From the NCBI GenBank assembly GCA_963706595.1, contig OY970166.1:2912001-2976000 (forward strand): a stretch of 64,000 nucleotides of DNA, in the 5' to 3' direction. The notes below the pieces were generated by a model. That model worked only from the letters and a program-made list of their open reading frames with translations. It did not search any database and was not told where the DNA came from. Position 1 is the first letter of the stretch; each line of letters opens with the position of its first letter. The DNA comes from an uncultured cyanobacterium. Lineage in GTDB: Bacteria; Cyanobacteriota; Cyanobacteriia; Cyanobacteriales; Nostocaceae. This document shows, piece after piece, positions 40,340-52,700 of the stretch. A program made the translations under genes and the position numbers.

Positions 40340-41290
40340 TTAATCTGCTTCTGGTAAATTAGAGTTAACAATCTGTGCAAACTCTTCTAAAGAATTAACG
40401 CTAATTGTTGATACAAGAAGTTGTTCTAAAAAGGATGTATCATCAATTTGATTAATGCTTGCAACTAAATTTTCGGGAATATCACCAAACCGCACTTGTA
40501 CAAGTTTGATAATATTTTGTTTCAGAGTTTGTTTTGTGGTTTTTTCTATAGCGCGTTGTTCGATGTTAGTTAAAAGTGGCATTTTTCGTTCCTCTTGATA
40601 ATTAGCTAATTTTTCTTCAAAACTTAATTGCAGGTCTTGAGATAAAGCCATCATTAAATCAATGACTTTATACAAATCAACAATTTCTTTACGGTTATAA
40701 CCTCTTTCATAAAGTAATCTAGCTAAGTTCCATTTCCACTGTTCCCTAGCTGACAAATTGCTGTTAGTGGCTTTAGTCTTTAAATGTGCCATTACCACTA
40801 TAGCAAAAATATTATTACTTTGCTCTAACTCTTCCCATTGATAATCTAGAAGCTTAACACTAGAAAAGTTAAAGATTAATTGACTACTTCCTAAGCCATA
40901 TTGGTAAGAGCTAGGTCGCCAACTGTTGGTTTCATCTCCTAGTATGGCTAAACTAATAACTGGTTTTTGATATAAATCAAAAGCTCGATAGTTATAGATA
41001 AACATTCTTTGTGAAAATTCTTTATCATATTGACTTTGTACTTCTACATGGATTAATATCCAAACTTCTTGATTATCTAACAACCACACTTGAAATAACT
41101 TATCAGCATGGCGTGTTTTGCTGTCCGCAGAGGCGGTAATCTGTTCTAATTCTTTATCTAGAGAAATGGGGTTTTTCGTCCAATCAATTTGTTGATATAT
41201 TTCTGGGTAAAAGAAGGTGATAAATGAATCAAAATAATCTCCTATTACTTCTTTCCAGGTTTCATCATAGTTAGCTGTAATTTCCGTCAT
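40340..41290 (-). CDS. Rpn-like PD-(D/E)xQ nuclease / putative transposase family protein with helical C-terminal tail
   Basis: YDETWKE, ADKL..HVEVQSQ, RMFIYNYR, PVISLAILGD; tail with RFGDIP..LEQLL. Confidence 0.8.
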   Translation of the reverse strand: MTEITANYDETWKEVIGDYFDSFITFFYPEIYQQIDWTKNPISLDKELEQITASADSKTRHADKLFQVWLLDNQEVWILIHVEVQSQYDKEFSQRMFIYNYRAFDLYQKPVISLAILGDETNSWRPSSYQYGLGSSQLIFNFSSVKLLDYQWEELEQSNNIFAIVVMAHLKTKATNSNLSAREQWKWNLARLLYERGYNRKEIVDLYKVIDLMMALSQDLQLSFEEKLANYQEERKMPLLTNIEQRAIEKTTKQTLKQNIIKLVQVRFGDIPENLVASINQIDDTSFLEQLLVSTISVNSLEEFAQIVNSNLPEAD

Positions 41291-41436
41291 TGTAATTAAA
41301 ATAGTGTTAGTAATTATCTAAGAGTGTTTGTTTATATAGCAGTCCTAAGTCATTTCTGAACCTCTTTACTTCTTCACTTGGCGACCTTGGCGGCTTGGCG
41401 GTCAGATAAATTCGTAAATCAAATAGGATGGCTATA

Positions 41437-41542
41437 TATAGCGGTTATCAGTTAAGTGAGATACAAGAACCCCACCCCCAACCCCCTCCCCGCAAGCGAG
41501 GAGGGGGCTATGATGTCCTTCATTCGAGTGCATACCGCCATA
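41437..41542. mobile_element. ~106-bp MITE family (TATAGCGGT..CCGCTATA), copy 1; abuts further TATAGC-type MITEs (41335-41436 and from 41541)
   Basis: Three similar copies at 41437, 44355 and 54920, all carrying ccctccccgcaagcgaggaggg. Confidence 0.8.
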
Positions 41543-41887
41543 GCGTATTGCAGGTTAATGAGGTACACCAAGAAATAATCAACCACAGATAAACACAGAG
41601 TTACAGAAAACCTACTCAAATGTATAGGTACTTACGCGATTTCAAATTGCCAGGGCTAGTATTCTCAGACACCTATAGTCAATCATAAAGTGATTTATAC
41701 AATAAAGTAGCCCCAGAAGGGTTAATCACGGGCGAGGTTCTCACCCCAAATTTTCGGTAGGATGATTCAAGATGCAAAAGAGGCTAGGGGTGACAGACTA
41801 GATATTAGTCTTCTCCCGCTTTTGTGAAGACGAGCTTAATTCGCTCTCTACAGCACTCGGCAATATTTCAACAAACAAGCACACTCC

Positions 41888-44323
41888 ATGCGTATTTCTC
41901 TAAATTGGCTGCGGGAACTGGTAGAAATTAAACTTAGCCCGGAAGAATTGGCTGAAACCCTCACAATGGCTGGGTTTGAAGTAGAAGACATTGAAGACCG
42001 CCACACTTGGGCTAATGGTGTTGTTGTGGGTAAAGTGCTTGAGCGTCAACCCCACCCCAATGCTGATAAATTAAGTGTTTGTCAAGTGGATATCGGTGCA
42101 TCTGAGCCTTTAAATATTGTCTGCGGTGCGCCTAATGTCAAGGCTGATATTTATGTACCAGTGGCAACTACAGGCACTTATTTACCGAATATTGATTTAA
42201 AAATTAAACCGGCAAAGCTTCGCGGTGTCCCCTCTCAAGGGATGATTTGTTCTTTAAAGGAACTCGGTTTACCTACTGATGTAGACGGTATTCATATTTT
42301 TCCCCAGGAAAATCTGCCTTTGGGTAGTGATGTGCGTCCGTTATTAGGTTTAGATGATGTAATTTTAGATGTGACTGCAACTGCTAACCGTGCTGATGCT
42401 CTCTGTATGGTGGGGATAGCCAGGGAAGTTGCAGCTTTGACTGGTGGTAAGTTGAGTATTCCTACACCTGGTGCAACATCAGTGTTAAAAGGTGCGGCTC
42501 ATTTAGGATTAAAAATTGAGGATCAGCAAGCTTGTCCTGCTTATATTGGCACGGTGATTGAACAGGTGAAAATTGCCCCTTCTCCTGATTGGTTGCAACA
42601 GCGTTTACGGGCGGCTGGGGTGCGTCCTATAAATAACGTGGTAGATATTACTAACTATATTTTGTGGGAATGGGGACAACCACTACACGCTTTTGACAAA
42701 GACCGTTTAGAGTCTGTTACGGGTGGTGAAGGTTTAACAGTTGGTGTTCGCTTCGCCGGTTCTGGGGAATCTTTGAAAACTCTGGATGGACAAACGCGCA
42801 ATTTGTCAACCCAAAATTTGTTAATTACTGCTAATGATAAACCGGTTGCACTTGCAGGTGTAATGGGTGGAGAAGAAACGGAAGTTCATAGCGGTACTCA
42901 AAGCTTAGTTTTAGAAGCAGCATTGTTTGATTCTGTGGCTATTCGTCGTTCTTCTCGGAGTGTGGGGTTAAGAAGTGAGGCTTCTGGAAGATATGAGCGA
43001 GGAGTCAACCGGGCTGAGTTGGAAATCGCCTGTAATCGCGCTTTATCATTATTGAGTGAACTGGCTAATGGCGTAATTGTTCAACAGGAAATTGCTGATA
43101 CTCGCCCAGATTCATCTACTTGGAGTCGTTCTATTTCTCTGCGTTTAGACAGAGTTAATGAGGTGCTGGGGCCAGTGGATTTGGGCGAGGACACAGGAGA
43201 AGTCACTGAAGCTGATGTGGAGCGCATTCTCTCGGCGTTGGGTTGTCAGCTAACGGCTGCTGGTGAAGGAACTTGGACGGTGACAGTACCGCCTTATCGT
43301 TACCGCGATTTAGAACGGGAAATTGATTTAATTGAAGAAATAGCCCGGCTCTATGGTTATGACAATTTTTGTGATACTCTCCCAGAGAAGTCGGAAGCTG
43401 GTTATTTATCTTTAGAACAAGAGTTAATCCGCAAGGTACGCGCCTTTTTCAGGGCGGAAGGTTTAACGGAAGTTATCCATTATTCTTTGGTGAAACCTGG
43501 AAATGATCGTCAGGTGGTTTTGAGTAATCCGCTTTTTGTGGAATATTCGGCGTTGCGAACTGATTTGATTTCTGGTTTGATTGATGCTTTCCAATATAAT
43601 TTGGAGCAGGGAAATGGTTCGTTGAATGGTTTTGACCTGGGGCGGATTTTCTGGCAGGAAGAAGACGGTTTGCAAGAAACTGATGCGATCGCTGGTATTA
43701 TGGGAGGCGATCGCTCAATAGGCAAATGGTCAAAAGGTAGCAGTGAAAACCCGATGACTTGGTTTGATGCTAAAGGTATTTTAGAAAGCGTCTTCCAGCA
43801 ACTTAACTTAACGGTGGAATATCAACCCGATTGTCGCGATGAGCGTTTACATCCAGGACGCACGGCTTCTTTGTGGCTGGGTGGTAACAGACTGGGTATT
43901 TTTGGACAACTTCATCCCCAACTACGACAAGATAAAGGTTTACCGGATTCTGTCTATGTATTCCAGCTTGATCTAAATGTGCTGTTGGATGCACTTGATC
44001 AAGATGAAGTTATGGTTCCCAAATTCCATGCTTATTCTACCTATCCTGCAAGCGATCGCGATATTGCCTTTTTCGCCCCGGTGAAAATTTCGGTAGCGGA
44101 TATTGAAAAATCCATTAACAAAGCCGCAAAAGGACTGCTGGAATCTGTGGAATTATTCGATGAATATCGCGGTGAAAACGTACCAGATGGACAACGTAGT
44201 TTAGCATTTCGTTTAATTTATCGGTCAAGCGATCGCACTCTGACTGAGGCGGAAGTGGAACCTGTTCACAATAAAGTCCGTGAGGCTTTAGTGGAGAAAT
44301 TTGGCGTTAATCTCAGAAGTTAG
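41888..44323 (+). CDS. pheT: Phenylalanine-tRNA ligase beta subunit
   Basis: [36 protein letters not shown]-terminal anticodon-binding domain. Confidence 0.97.
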   Translation: MRISLNWLRELVEIKLSPEELAETLTMAGFEVEDIEDRHTWANGVVVGKVLERQPHPNADKLSVCQVDIGASEPLNIVCGAPNVKADIYVPVATTGTYLPNIDLKIKPAKLRGVPSQGMICSLKELGLPTDVDGIHIFPQENLPLGSDVRPLLGLDDVILDVTATANRADALCMVGIAREVAALTGGKLSIPTPGATSVLKGAAHLGLKIEDQQACPAYIGTVIEQVKIAPSPDWLQQRLRAAGVRPINNVVDITNYILWEWGQPLHAFDKDRLESVTGGEGLTVGVRFAGSGESLKTLDGQTRNLSTQNLLITANDKPVALAGVMGGEETEVHSGTQSLVLEAALFDSVAIRRSSRSVGLRSEASGRYERGVNRAELEIACNRALSLLSELANGVIVQQEIADTRPDSSTWSRSISLRLDRVNEVLGPVDLGEDTGEVTEADVERILSALGCQLTAAGEGTWTVTVPPYRYRDLEREIDLIEEIARLYGYDNFCDTLPEKSEAGYLSLEQELIRKVRAFFRAEGLTEVIHYSLVKPGNDRQVVLSNPLFVEYSALRTDLISGLIDAFQYNLEQGNGSLNGFDLGRIFWQEEDGLQETDAIAGIMGGDRSIGKWSKGSSENPMTWFDAKGILESVFQQLNLTVEYQPDCRDERLHPGRTASLWLGGNRLGIFGQLHPQLRQDKGLPDSVYVFQLDLNVLLDALDQDEVMVPKFHAYSTYPASDRDIAFFAPVKISVADIEKSINKAAKGLLESVELFDEYRGENVPDGQRSLAFRLIYRSSDRTLTEAEVEPVHNKVREALVEKFGVNLRS

Positions 44324-44354
44324 TTAATAGTAGTTTTAGATTTTGGGTTGAATA

Positions 44355-44460
44355 TATAGCGGTTATCAGTTAAGTCAGATACAAGAACCCCACCCCCAAC
44401 CCCCTCCCCGCAAGCGAGGAGGGGGCTATGATGTACTTAATTTAAGTGGATACCGCTATA
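44355..44460. mobile_element. ~106-bp MITE, copy 2
   Basis: tatagcggt...accgctata termini; similar to 41437-41542. Confidence 0.8.
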
Positions 44461-44603
44461 TCCAAAATCTAAAATTATTAGTGCGGGTGTATCTCATTTA
44501 GGTAAAATGTGCTGTAATTTTGCATGAATACTTAATAGGTCAAAATATATCGGTAAGGTTCTTTTATGCCGAAACCAAAACGCGAAAAATGATAAGATAA
44601 ACA

Positions 44604-44792
44604 ATGAAAGTTTCTGAAATTATCAAAATATTAGAAGCAGATGGATGGTATTTGTCGAGAACTAAAGGAAGTCATCGTCAATATAAACACCCTAATAAAC
44701 TGGGAACAGTTACTGTTCCTGGTAAACAGTCCAAAGATTTAGGAATTGGCACTCTTAAAAGTATTCTTAAACAAGCACAATTGGAGGAATGA
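44604..44792 (+). CDS. hicA: HicA toxin
   Basis: LEADGW..KGSHRQYKHP..VTVP..GTLKSILKQA. Confidence 0.93.
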   Translation: MKVSEIIKILEADGWYLSRTKGSHRQYKHPNKLGTVTVPGKQSKDLGIGTLKSILKQAQLEE

Positions 44793-45007
44793 TCATGCGT
44801 TATGCAATTATTATTGAAAAAGCTCCAGCAAACTATTCTGCTTACGTACCTGATTTACCTGGATGTGTGAGTGTTGGTGACACAATAGAAGAAGTTAAAC
44901 AAAATATTCAAGAAGCAATTGCTTTTCACTTAGAAGCATTAATAGAAGATGGATTAAACATTCCTCAACCGCAAACAGAATGTGATTATGTTGATGTAGC
45001 TGCATAA
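44789..45007 (+). CDS. hicB: HicB antitoxin (short form, no DNA-binding domain)
   Basis: YSAYVPDLPGCVSVGDTIEE..IQEAI; overlaps the hicA stop. Confidence 0.93.
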   Translation: MIMRYAIIIEKAPANYSAYVPDLPGCVSVGDTIEEVKQNIQEAIAFHLEALIEDGLNIPQPQTECDYVDVAA

Positions 45008-45247
45008 TTCGTGATGTATAAGCAGTAATAATTAAACGCAGATGGACGCAGATAAACGCAGATAATTGTGTACTTTATTAGACTAGTAAATGCTATAATC
45101 AGATAAATTTAGGTGCTGACACATTCCCTGAAACGTTTCTACAGGGGTTTGGACAACATCAAAAATCTTATTCATACTTCAAATCAGCAATGCCAACAGG
45201 AAATATACTAAACTCTTGGTAAATATCAAGAGGAGAGACAAGTAATC

Positions 45248-45517
45248 ATGGCGAAATTTATTATGTGGGGAAGTTACTGTGAGAACGTTCTGGAAAAACG
45301 CGCACCCTATCGTCAAGACCATTTAGACGGATTAGGAAAACAGAAAGAATCGGGTGTATTGATTACCCTTGGTCCCACAAAGGATAGTACCAAAGTCTTT
45401 GGCATTTACGAAGCTGAAGACGAAGCAACTGTACGCCAGTTGGTGGAAAATGACCCCTACTGGAAAAATGGTATCTGGACCGAATATTTCATCAAAGAGT
45501 GGATTCAAGCCTTTTAA
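45248..45517 (+). CDS. YciI family protein
   Basis: RAPYRQDHL, LGPT, DPYWKNG. Confidence 0.88.
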   Translation: MAKFIMWGSYCENVLEKRAPYRQDHLDGLGKQKESGVLITLGPTKDSTKVFGIYEAEDEATVRQLVENDPYWKNGIWTEYFIKEWIQAF

Positions 45518-45545
45518 CAGTTATCAGTTATCAGTTATCAGTTAT
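45518..45545 (+). repeat. Heptamer tandem repeat (CAGTTAT)x4
   Basis: Read directly, immediately after the yciI stop. Confidence 0.85.
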
Positions 45546-45672
45546 CAGTCAGGAGACATAATTAGATTTCAGTGTCCCACTACATTGGTGTTAACTGATG
45601 ACTGTTGAATGTTCACTCAATAATATTGATACTCTTAACCTTTGCGTCTCTGCGCCTCTGCGTGATACAAAT

Positions 45673-46092
45673 TCATTCTAAAGAATTTGGTTCAATAAAC
45701 TGTTTATTGGCTCTCACGAAACAATTTCCTTGAGTTTTTCCTTGATTATTGACTATCTTTACCCGCAGCCAAGGATTACCCTGTGAATCCCGCACAATAG
45801 GTTCTTGAGAATTTTTTGCACCCGCATCGGCTTGGAGTAGCTCATTTGGTTGAAATTGCTTGAGAACTCGCTGATTTACTCCAGGGGTGCTACGGCAGTT
45901 TAGTTTACCACTACGAATATTAGTAAACCATGATAATAATACAGCTTGACTACCATCAGGAAATGTGGTGATGGCTGAATTGTAGTCACCTTGACGATTA
46001 GGGGTGGGTATTTGGCGTTGTTGGGCGAGGGAAGGTAGAGAAATCATACCAATTAAACTAGCGATCGCGATCGCTGCAACAGAACGAACCAT
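45673..46092 (-). CDS. Secreted protein, SH3-like domain
   Basis: Signal peptide; LNCRSTPG..PWLRV..CFVRAN..FIEP. Confidence 0.65.
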   Translation of the reverse strand: MVRSVAAIAIASLIGMISLPSLAQQRQIPTPNRQGDYNSAITTFPDGSQAVLLSWFTNIRSGKLNCRSTPGVNQRVLKQFQPNELLQADAGAKNSQEPIVRDSQGNPWLRVKIVNNQGKTQGNCFVRANKQFIEPNSLE

Positions 46093-46202
46093 AATTTAAG
46101 CTCCCAAAGTCTGAGATGTATGACCACAAACCAGGGAGCATTAATTTCGGAAACCAAAGCCTCCTGAACAAAACCCCATCTTTTAATTATGAGGATTTCC
46201 CC

Positions 46203-46230
46203 TTTGACTTTTGACTTTTGACTTTTGACT
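46203..46230 (+). repeat. Heptamer tandem repeat (TTTGACT)x4
   Basis: Read directly. Confidence 0.85.
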
Positions 46231-46244
46231 TCCGCGCAGCGGCG

Positions 46245-46436
46245 TTAGCCTTTTAACGCCTTTCTAAAATTGCGGCGATATGATTTATTCGCAATAATTA
46301 AAGCAGGCCATAGCAATGATAAACCGAGGCGATTAGGTAAAGTTTGACTAAAATTAGTTCGTTCAAATCCAGTCCATAACTTCCAAACACCACCTACATA
46401 AACCACCAAAAGACCGAAAATAATTAACTTAATCAT
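46245..46436 (-). CDS. Small conserved membrane protein
   Basis: YVGGVWKLWTGFERTNF..LSLLWP..YRRNFRKALKG; GGAG RBS. Confidence 0.75.
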   Translation of the reverse strand: MIKLIIFGLLVVYVGGVWKLWTGFERTNFSQTLPNRLGLSLLWPALIIANKSYRRNFRKALKG

Positions 46437-46982
46437 TTTTATTGACTCCCTTAGTAACTGACAGTACTTAAGTTAAGTGTTATTACACTATTGAGATTAT
46501 GCAGTACCTACGCTGATTAAAGATGACTAAATTCTTCATTACTTCCACACCTTTATTTATAAATACATTCTTTGATTTTAGAGTAAAGGACATTCCTGTA
46601 TTGCAGCTAGTCAGCTTTTACCAAAATGGAGTATCTATTGCCACAATAGAACATATCACCCAGAAACACCAATTAAACAACAAAATGTCAAAAAAATGTC
46701 TTTTTCAGGCTTGTTGTGCCTTGTTTCCTGAAAGTTTCTAGGCCAAGAGTAAGTCACTCATACCAAACAAGTGCGCTTCAGGGCTACTCAAAGGCAGTTT
46801 TTTATCTTGATTGTCTCCGAACATACACGTTAAAGTAATGAGTAGATTTGCTTATTTCATAGCAGATGCTTCTTAGGTAAGTTACTCAAATCCCAATATC
46901 CATAGCAGACTAAAGAAAGAAGATACAACACACTCTCACGGGTCTGTAAGCAGCATAAGCTGTAAATAGCTAAGGAGAATTT

Positions 46983-49511
46983 ATGCGTGCAGTACTGATG
47001 GCTGGCGGTTCAGGAACACGGCTTCGACCGTTAACTTGTGATTTGCCTAAACCGATGGTTCCTATTCTCAATCGGCCTATTGCCGAACATATCATCAATC
47101 TGCTCAAGCGGCATCAAATCACAGAAGTTATTGCGACATTACATTATCTACCGGATGTCCTGCGAGACTACTTTCAAGATGGTAGCGATTTTGGCGTGCA
47201 GATGACCTATGCTGTGGAGGAAGACCAGCCTCTAGGCACAGCCGGCTGTGTGAAAAATATTGCCGAACTTTTAGATGAAACATTTTTAGTGATTAGCGGC
47301 GATAGTATCACAGATTTTGACCTGACAGCTGCGATCGCCTTTCATAAACAAAAACAAGCCAAAGCCACTTTAGTTTTAACCAGAGTTCCCAACCCAGTGG
47401 AATTTGGGGTGGTAATTACCGATGAGCAAGGACATATTAATCGCTTTTTAGAAAAACCCTCTAGCAGTGAAATTTTTTCCGATACCGTCAACACTGGTAT
47501 TTATATTCTAGAACCAGAAGTATTAGATTATCTGCCATCTAACACTGAAAGCGACTTCTCCAAAGACTTATTTCCCTTGATGCTGGAAAAAGGCGAAGCT
47601 CTATATGGTTACATTGCTCACGGATACTGGTGTGATGTCGGTCACTTAGATGCCTATCGTGAGGCTCAGTATGATGCCTTAGATCGGAAAGTCAAACTCG
47701 ATGTTGCTTATAAAGAAGTTTCGCCGAATTTGTGGGTAGGACAAAATACGTTTATCGCCCCTACAGCCAGTATTGAAACTCCCGCCGTGATTGGTGATAA
47801 TTGCCGCATTGGGGCGAGAGTCCAGATTGAAGCGGGAACCATTATTGGGGATAATGTCACCATTGGCGCTGATGCTAACCTGAAGCGACCAATTTTGTGG
47901 AATGGGTCAATTATTGGCGATGAAGCACATCTGAGCGCTTGCGTCATTTCTCGTGGGACGCGTGTAGACCGTCGCGCTCATGTCTTAGAAGCGGCTGTAG
48001 TGGGTTCCCTGTCTACTATTGGCGAAGAAGCCCAAATTAGTCCGAATGTGCGGGTTTGGCCGAGTAAAAAGATTGAATCAGGGGCAATTCTCAACATTAA
48101 CTTGATTTGGGGTAACACTGCTCAAAGAAATTTATTTGGTCAACGTGGTGTCCAAGGTTTAGCCAATATTGACATCACTCCAGAATTTGCTGTGAAGTTA
48201 GGATCTGCTTATGGTTCCACCTTGAAACCCGGTTGTAAGGTCACTGTTTCCCGTGACCAACGTAATGTTTCGCGCATGGTGACTCGCTCGTTAATTGCTG
48301 GTTTAATGTCTGTAGGGATTGATATTCAAAACCTCGATGCGACAGCGATTCCCATAGCGCGGACGGTGATACCGACAATGTTTGTGGCTGGTGGAATTCA
48401 TGTGCGGGTACACCCGGATCGCCCTGATTATATCCTGATTGAATTTATGGATGCTAAGGGGATTAATATCACTAAAGCTCTGGAGAAGAAAATTGAAGGA
48501 GCTTATTTTAAAGAAGATATGCGGCGATCGCAAATTCATGAAATTGGCGATGTGGCTTATCCTAGCCAAGTCATGGAACGCTACTGCACAGCCTTTGAAA
48601 AGCTGTTAAATGTAGATACTCTCCGCAACAGTCGGGCAAAAGTCGTAATTGACTATGTTTATGCGGTGTCTGGCGCAGTTTTACCGTTAATGTTAGATAA
48701 ATTTGGCGCTGATGCGGTAGTGCTGAATGCGAGTGTAAATAAATCGGCGATGTCAGTGACTGATCGGGAAGCATTGCTGACTCAGCTAGGTCATGTAGTG
48801 GAGGCGTTGAAAGCTAACTTTGGTGTGCAAGTATCGGCGAATGGGGAACAACTGATTTTAGTTGATGAGTCAGGCTTTGCGATTCGGGGGGAGATTTTGA
48901 CCGCACTGATGGTAGACATGATTTTAACATCTAACCCCAGAGGCACGGTAGTTGTCCCGGTTCATGCTTCCAGTGCTGTGGAACAAGTCGCCCGTCGTCA
49001 TGATGGTCGGGTAATTCGCACTAAAGCCAATCCCACAGCTTTGATGGAAGCTTCTCAGAAAAATCCCAATGTGGTGTTAGGAGGTAGTGGAGAAACTGGT
49101 TTTATTTTCCCACACCTGCATCCGGGATTTGATTCGATGTTCTGCATTGCGAAGTTAATTGAGATGCTGACAATTCAAGAGCGATCGCTTGCTACAGCCC
49201 GTTCAGAATTACCCCGTGTAGTTCACAAAAGTTATACAGTTCGTTGTCCTTGGACTGCTAAGGGGGCGCTAATGCGTTATTTAGTCGAAACACACCCAGC
49301 CCAAAATTTAGAGTTAATTGATGGGGTGAAAATTTGCCAACCTTATGATGATAGTTGGCTATTAGTTCTACCTGATGCTAGTGAACCTTTAGTACATTTA
49401 TATGCGAATAGTAATGATCGCGATTGGGTAGATGAAACTTTGAGGAACTACCGCACCCGTGTTCAAACCTTTGTGGAAAGACAACAAGAATACCAACCAG
49501 CAGAAGTGTAA
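46983..49511 (+). CDS. Mannose-1-phosphate guanylyltransferase / phosphomannomutase-like fusion
   Basis: [20 protein letters not shown] transferase, hexapeptide repeats, LFGQRGV phosphohexomutase-like C-terminal half. Confidence 0.92.
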   Translation: MRAVLMAGGSGTRLRPLTCDLPKPMVPILNRPIAEHIINLLKRHQITEVIATLHYLPDVLRDYFQDGSDFGVQMTYAVEEDQPLGTAGCVKNIAELLDETFLVISGDSITDFDLTAAIAFHKQKQAKATLVLTRVPNPVEFGVVITDEQGHINRFLEKPSSSEIFSDTVNTGIYILEPEVLDYLPSNTESDFSKDLFPLMLEKGEALYGYIAHGYWCDVGHLDAYREAQYDALDRKVKLDVAYKEVSPNLWVGQNTFIAPTASIETPAVIGDNCRIGARVQIEAGTIIGDNVTIGADANLKRPILWNGSIIGDEAHLSACVISRGTRVDRRAHVLEAAVVGSLSTIGEEAQISPNVRVWPSKKIESGAILNINLIWGNTAQRNLFGQRGVQGLANIDITPEFAVKLGSAYGSTLKPGCKVTVSRDQRNVSRMVTRSLIAGLMSVGIDIQNLDATAIPIARTVIPTMFVAGGIHVRVHPDRPDYILIEFMDAKGINITKALEKKIEGAYFKEDMRRSQIHEIGDVAYPSQVMERYCTAFEKLLNVDTLRNSRAKVVIDYVYAVSGAVLPLMLDKFGADAVVLNASVNKSAMSVTDREALLTQLGHVVEALKANFGVQVSANGEQLILVDESGFAIRGEILTALMVDMILTSNPRGTVVVPVHASSAVEQVARRHDGRVIRTKANPTALMEASQKNPNVVLGGSGETGFIFPHLHPGFDSMFCIAKLIEMLTIQERSLATARSELPRVVHKSYTVRCPWTAKGALMRYLVETHPAQNLELIDGVKICQPYDDSWLLVLPDASEPLVHLYANSNDRDWVDETLRNYRTRVQTFVERQQEYQPAEV

Positions 49512-49641
49512 ATTTAGCGAATCTTTATAGGGTGGGTTTCCCGCCCTTCATCAACTTAACGTCATCATATCAAGTCCGCTTGAATACTTACAAAACGCTA
49601 AAACCTGCCAAATCTTTGAGTTATCTCCCCTCCTCGCTTGC

Positions 49642-49781
49642 CTACCGTGTACACACATCCTGATCCAAAAAGGGTTTTCAGCCCTACAAACCGAATTTCA
49701 CTGTAAATCCGGTTCCCCTCCTCGCTTGCGGGGAGGGGCTAGGGGTGGGGTCTTATGACACAAACGAGAATTTACCGACTT
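49642..49781. mobile_element. Truncated inverted copy of the CTACGGTGTACACACA MITE
   Basis: ctaccgtgtacacaca end intact; other end stops at gactt, a few bases from the WD40-KAP stop codon. Confidence 0.8.
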
Positions 49782-49788
49782 CAACTAA

Positions 49789-52700
49789 TTAAACTGACAT
49801 GATATCATTTTTACCATTTTCAAATCTATATTCACGATTGTAGTTATCATCTGGATCATAACCAATATCGCCCACAAAACAGAAGGATCTGACTAAATTA
49901 AAGGTTCTAGTTTCAAAATAAAATTCTTCTCGTGGGGACATTTTGAGAAAGTCGTTTTTAAACTTCTTCCATTCCCTTTTGTTATGTATATCCATTAATT
50001 TATCGTGATTTTTTAAGCGTTCTAGCCAAATATCTTTTTCAATTATTAGCGTGTTTTCATCTGTTTCTTCAAATTCTAAATAAATCTCTTCTAATAGTTT
50101 TCGCATTTCCTGGGGATATCGACCAGCTAAAGCTAAAAATGCAATTAATGTTTGCTTGTATTCTGGACTTGGTTCTTCTTTCCAAGTTTTATCATTCTCT
50201 ACTGGAGTCCAGATTATTTTAATGATTTTGCAAATATTAATCAGTCGTTTTGCAGTTCTGGGAGTTAAATCAACGTGCTGACAAGCTTCTGATATCCATT
50301 TAAATTCCTCAGCAGTAAATCTTTCAAAACTAACTAATGGATCTGTATTTGCAGAATGTTGGATTTTTGTATTGTTTTTTTCTAAATTAGATTCTCTATT
50401 GTTGGGTTGAGAAATACCTTTAACAACTGAGTTTTTAGTAGGAGTAGGTACTGGTAAATTAAAATCTTCCTCTGTTGGTTCTTCAGTATCAACAGGTATT
50501 TCTGCAATTTCATTTTGATATGATTGTTCGGGGAATTGTTCTACAATGCTACTTTCATCAGTTAGTTCTTGTAAGGGGATAAAATCTTCTCCGGTTGTTT
50601 GTTCTAAAAATGTATTTTCATTAGTTACTTGTTGGAACATTGCGAAACTTTCTGAGTTGTCTGGTGTAAAATCCTCTTCAACATCTACCAAAGATTTTAA
50701 ATAACTCGCTGTCACATCCTTACTAATTGGTCGCATTCTGTAGGGAAGTTGGATAATTTTCTCTATATAGTCAACACCACAGGGAGTACCACCACGTTTT
50801 AACACACCTTTGTAAGTGTGTTCTAAAGCCCGACCAATATAACGGTCATCTATTGCTAAAACAATGATAAAAAGTTCTGTATTTAGCAATAATTGCACAG
50901 CTTCTAAAACTTGTACAACTCTATCAGGAGGACAACGATCTAAATCGTCTATATATAAAACTATTCTCGCCGGACCTCTAGGAAAATATTCTTTAAGGAC
51001 TTTAAGTTTTTCAGGATTTGTATTTCCTGATTTATAGCTTAAATGTTCAGATAAATCTGCCAAATCATCTTGAATTTGATGCATTAAACCGAGCATTTTT
51101 TGATAAGAATCTTCTTCCAAACGGTTATTGACAAAATCCACTAAAGATGTATATTGAGCAGTTAAACCAACACGCTGTTTTTGTCGTTCTACCTGTGCTT
51201 GCAGTTTTTCGATTTCCTGCTGTTTTTCAGTTAGTTCTTCTTTCACTGTTTCCTTTTCTTTATAAACTTGATCTTTCTGTTGTTTAAAATTTTTCTCGTC
51301 AATTTTAGCCTTAATTTTCTGAGCCTTCTCAGCAGCTAGTTTCTGTTTCTCCTGTTCTACGCTTTCTTTTGCTACTTTAAACAATCTGCGAATTTTAGTT
51401 TGAAAAGACCGGATTTTTGTAGATATTTCAACTCCGATACCGATAGCGGGAATTGTGAAAACTGTGGTTAACCAAAATTTTAACCACGAACCTATTTGTT
51501 CTATTAATGGTAAGGCATTAGATAAAATATAAGCAATAACATAATAAAATATAAATGGTAAAGACGTTGCAGCTACAAATATGAATATTATTTTTGGTTC
51601 TTTTTTAATAAACTCAATTAAACCAACTATTTTACTAGGTTGTTCTTCTACATAATTCTTAAGCCTCCCGGATTTTTGAATAATATCCTCTATCGTGCTA
51701 TCTTTGTTTTTAATCAATTTTTCAACTTGATCAATTAGATTCGATTCCTCTAATTTGTCTAACTCTTTAACAATCGGAATTTGCGCTTCCAAATTTTCTC
51801 GATTTTCAAATCCGTAGTAATTGAGAAAATCTTTAAAAATAGAATCACCAAAGTCATCTTTACGCAGTTCTTTGAGTTGAGTTAAAAAGACAATGACTAT
51901 AGATGTATTTTCAAATTCTTGATTTATTTTCCTTTCTATTTTTTCTGTTTCTTTATCAATATTATCCTCGATATCTGCAATTTTTTTCTCAAATTTACGC
52001 TCAATGTCTTGAATTTCATTTTTTACTTCTGCTTCTAAGCTTTGTAATTCTTTTTCCGTGAGTTTTAGCTTCTCCTGTTCTTCTTGTCTAACTTGAGTGA
52101 GAATATCCCAAAGGGCATTACCATCTGCATTTTTATCTTTTAAATTATCAAATACTTCCTGACTTAATTCCGACTCTAATATTGCCTTTCTATCACTATC
52201 ACTCATCTGATTTAGGACACCCCAAACGTCACCTCCAGCCAGCAAATCAGAAACTTTACTTAACTGCTGTTCTAAAGTTAATTGACGGTCAAGTTGATCA
52301 AAAATAGTCTGGATTAAACTTGCCCACAGGTCAGACTTTGCATAACTCCAGGCATTAAATTTGATTTGGTAAACATGACCAACATACGGGGAAAGATGCG
52401 CTTCATCTCCCTTATCACCCCAGGTCTGTTTTGCAGTTAGCTTTTGACAGCGAATTTTGGTAATTTGTTTTTCTATGAGGTGCATACCAAAAGATTTACC
52501 GCTACCCCAACTGCCTAAAATCGCCACTGCTAAAGGAGGTTCAAGACTCCGCAACATCAACACATCAGCCAAAGATTGCAGTTCTTTAGCCACATCTAGA
52601 GAGTCTTCACCTGTCGGTTGGTCATTGCGGAAAGCTTGGGGAACACGACGAATATTAAACCCTTCCCAACGCCAGATTTTGATACCATTTAGACCAGCAC

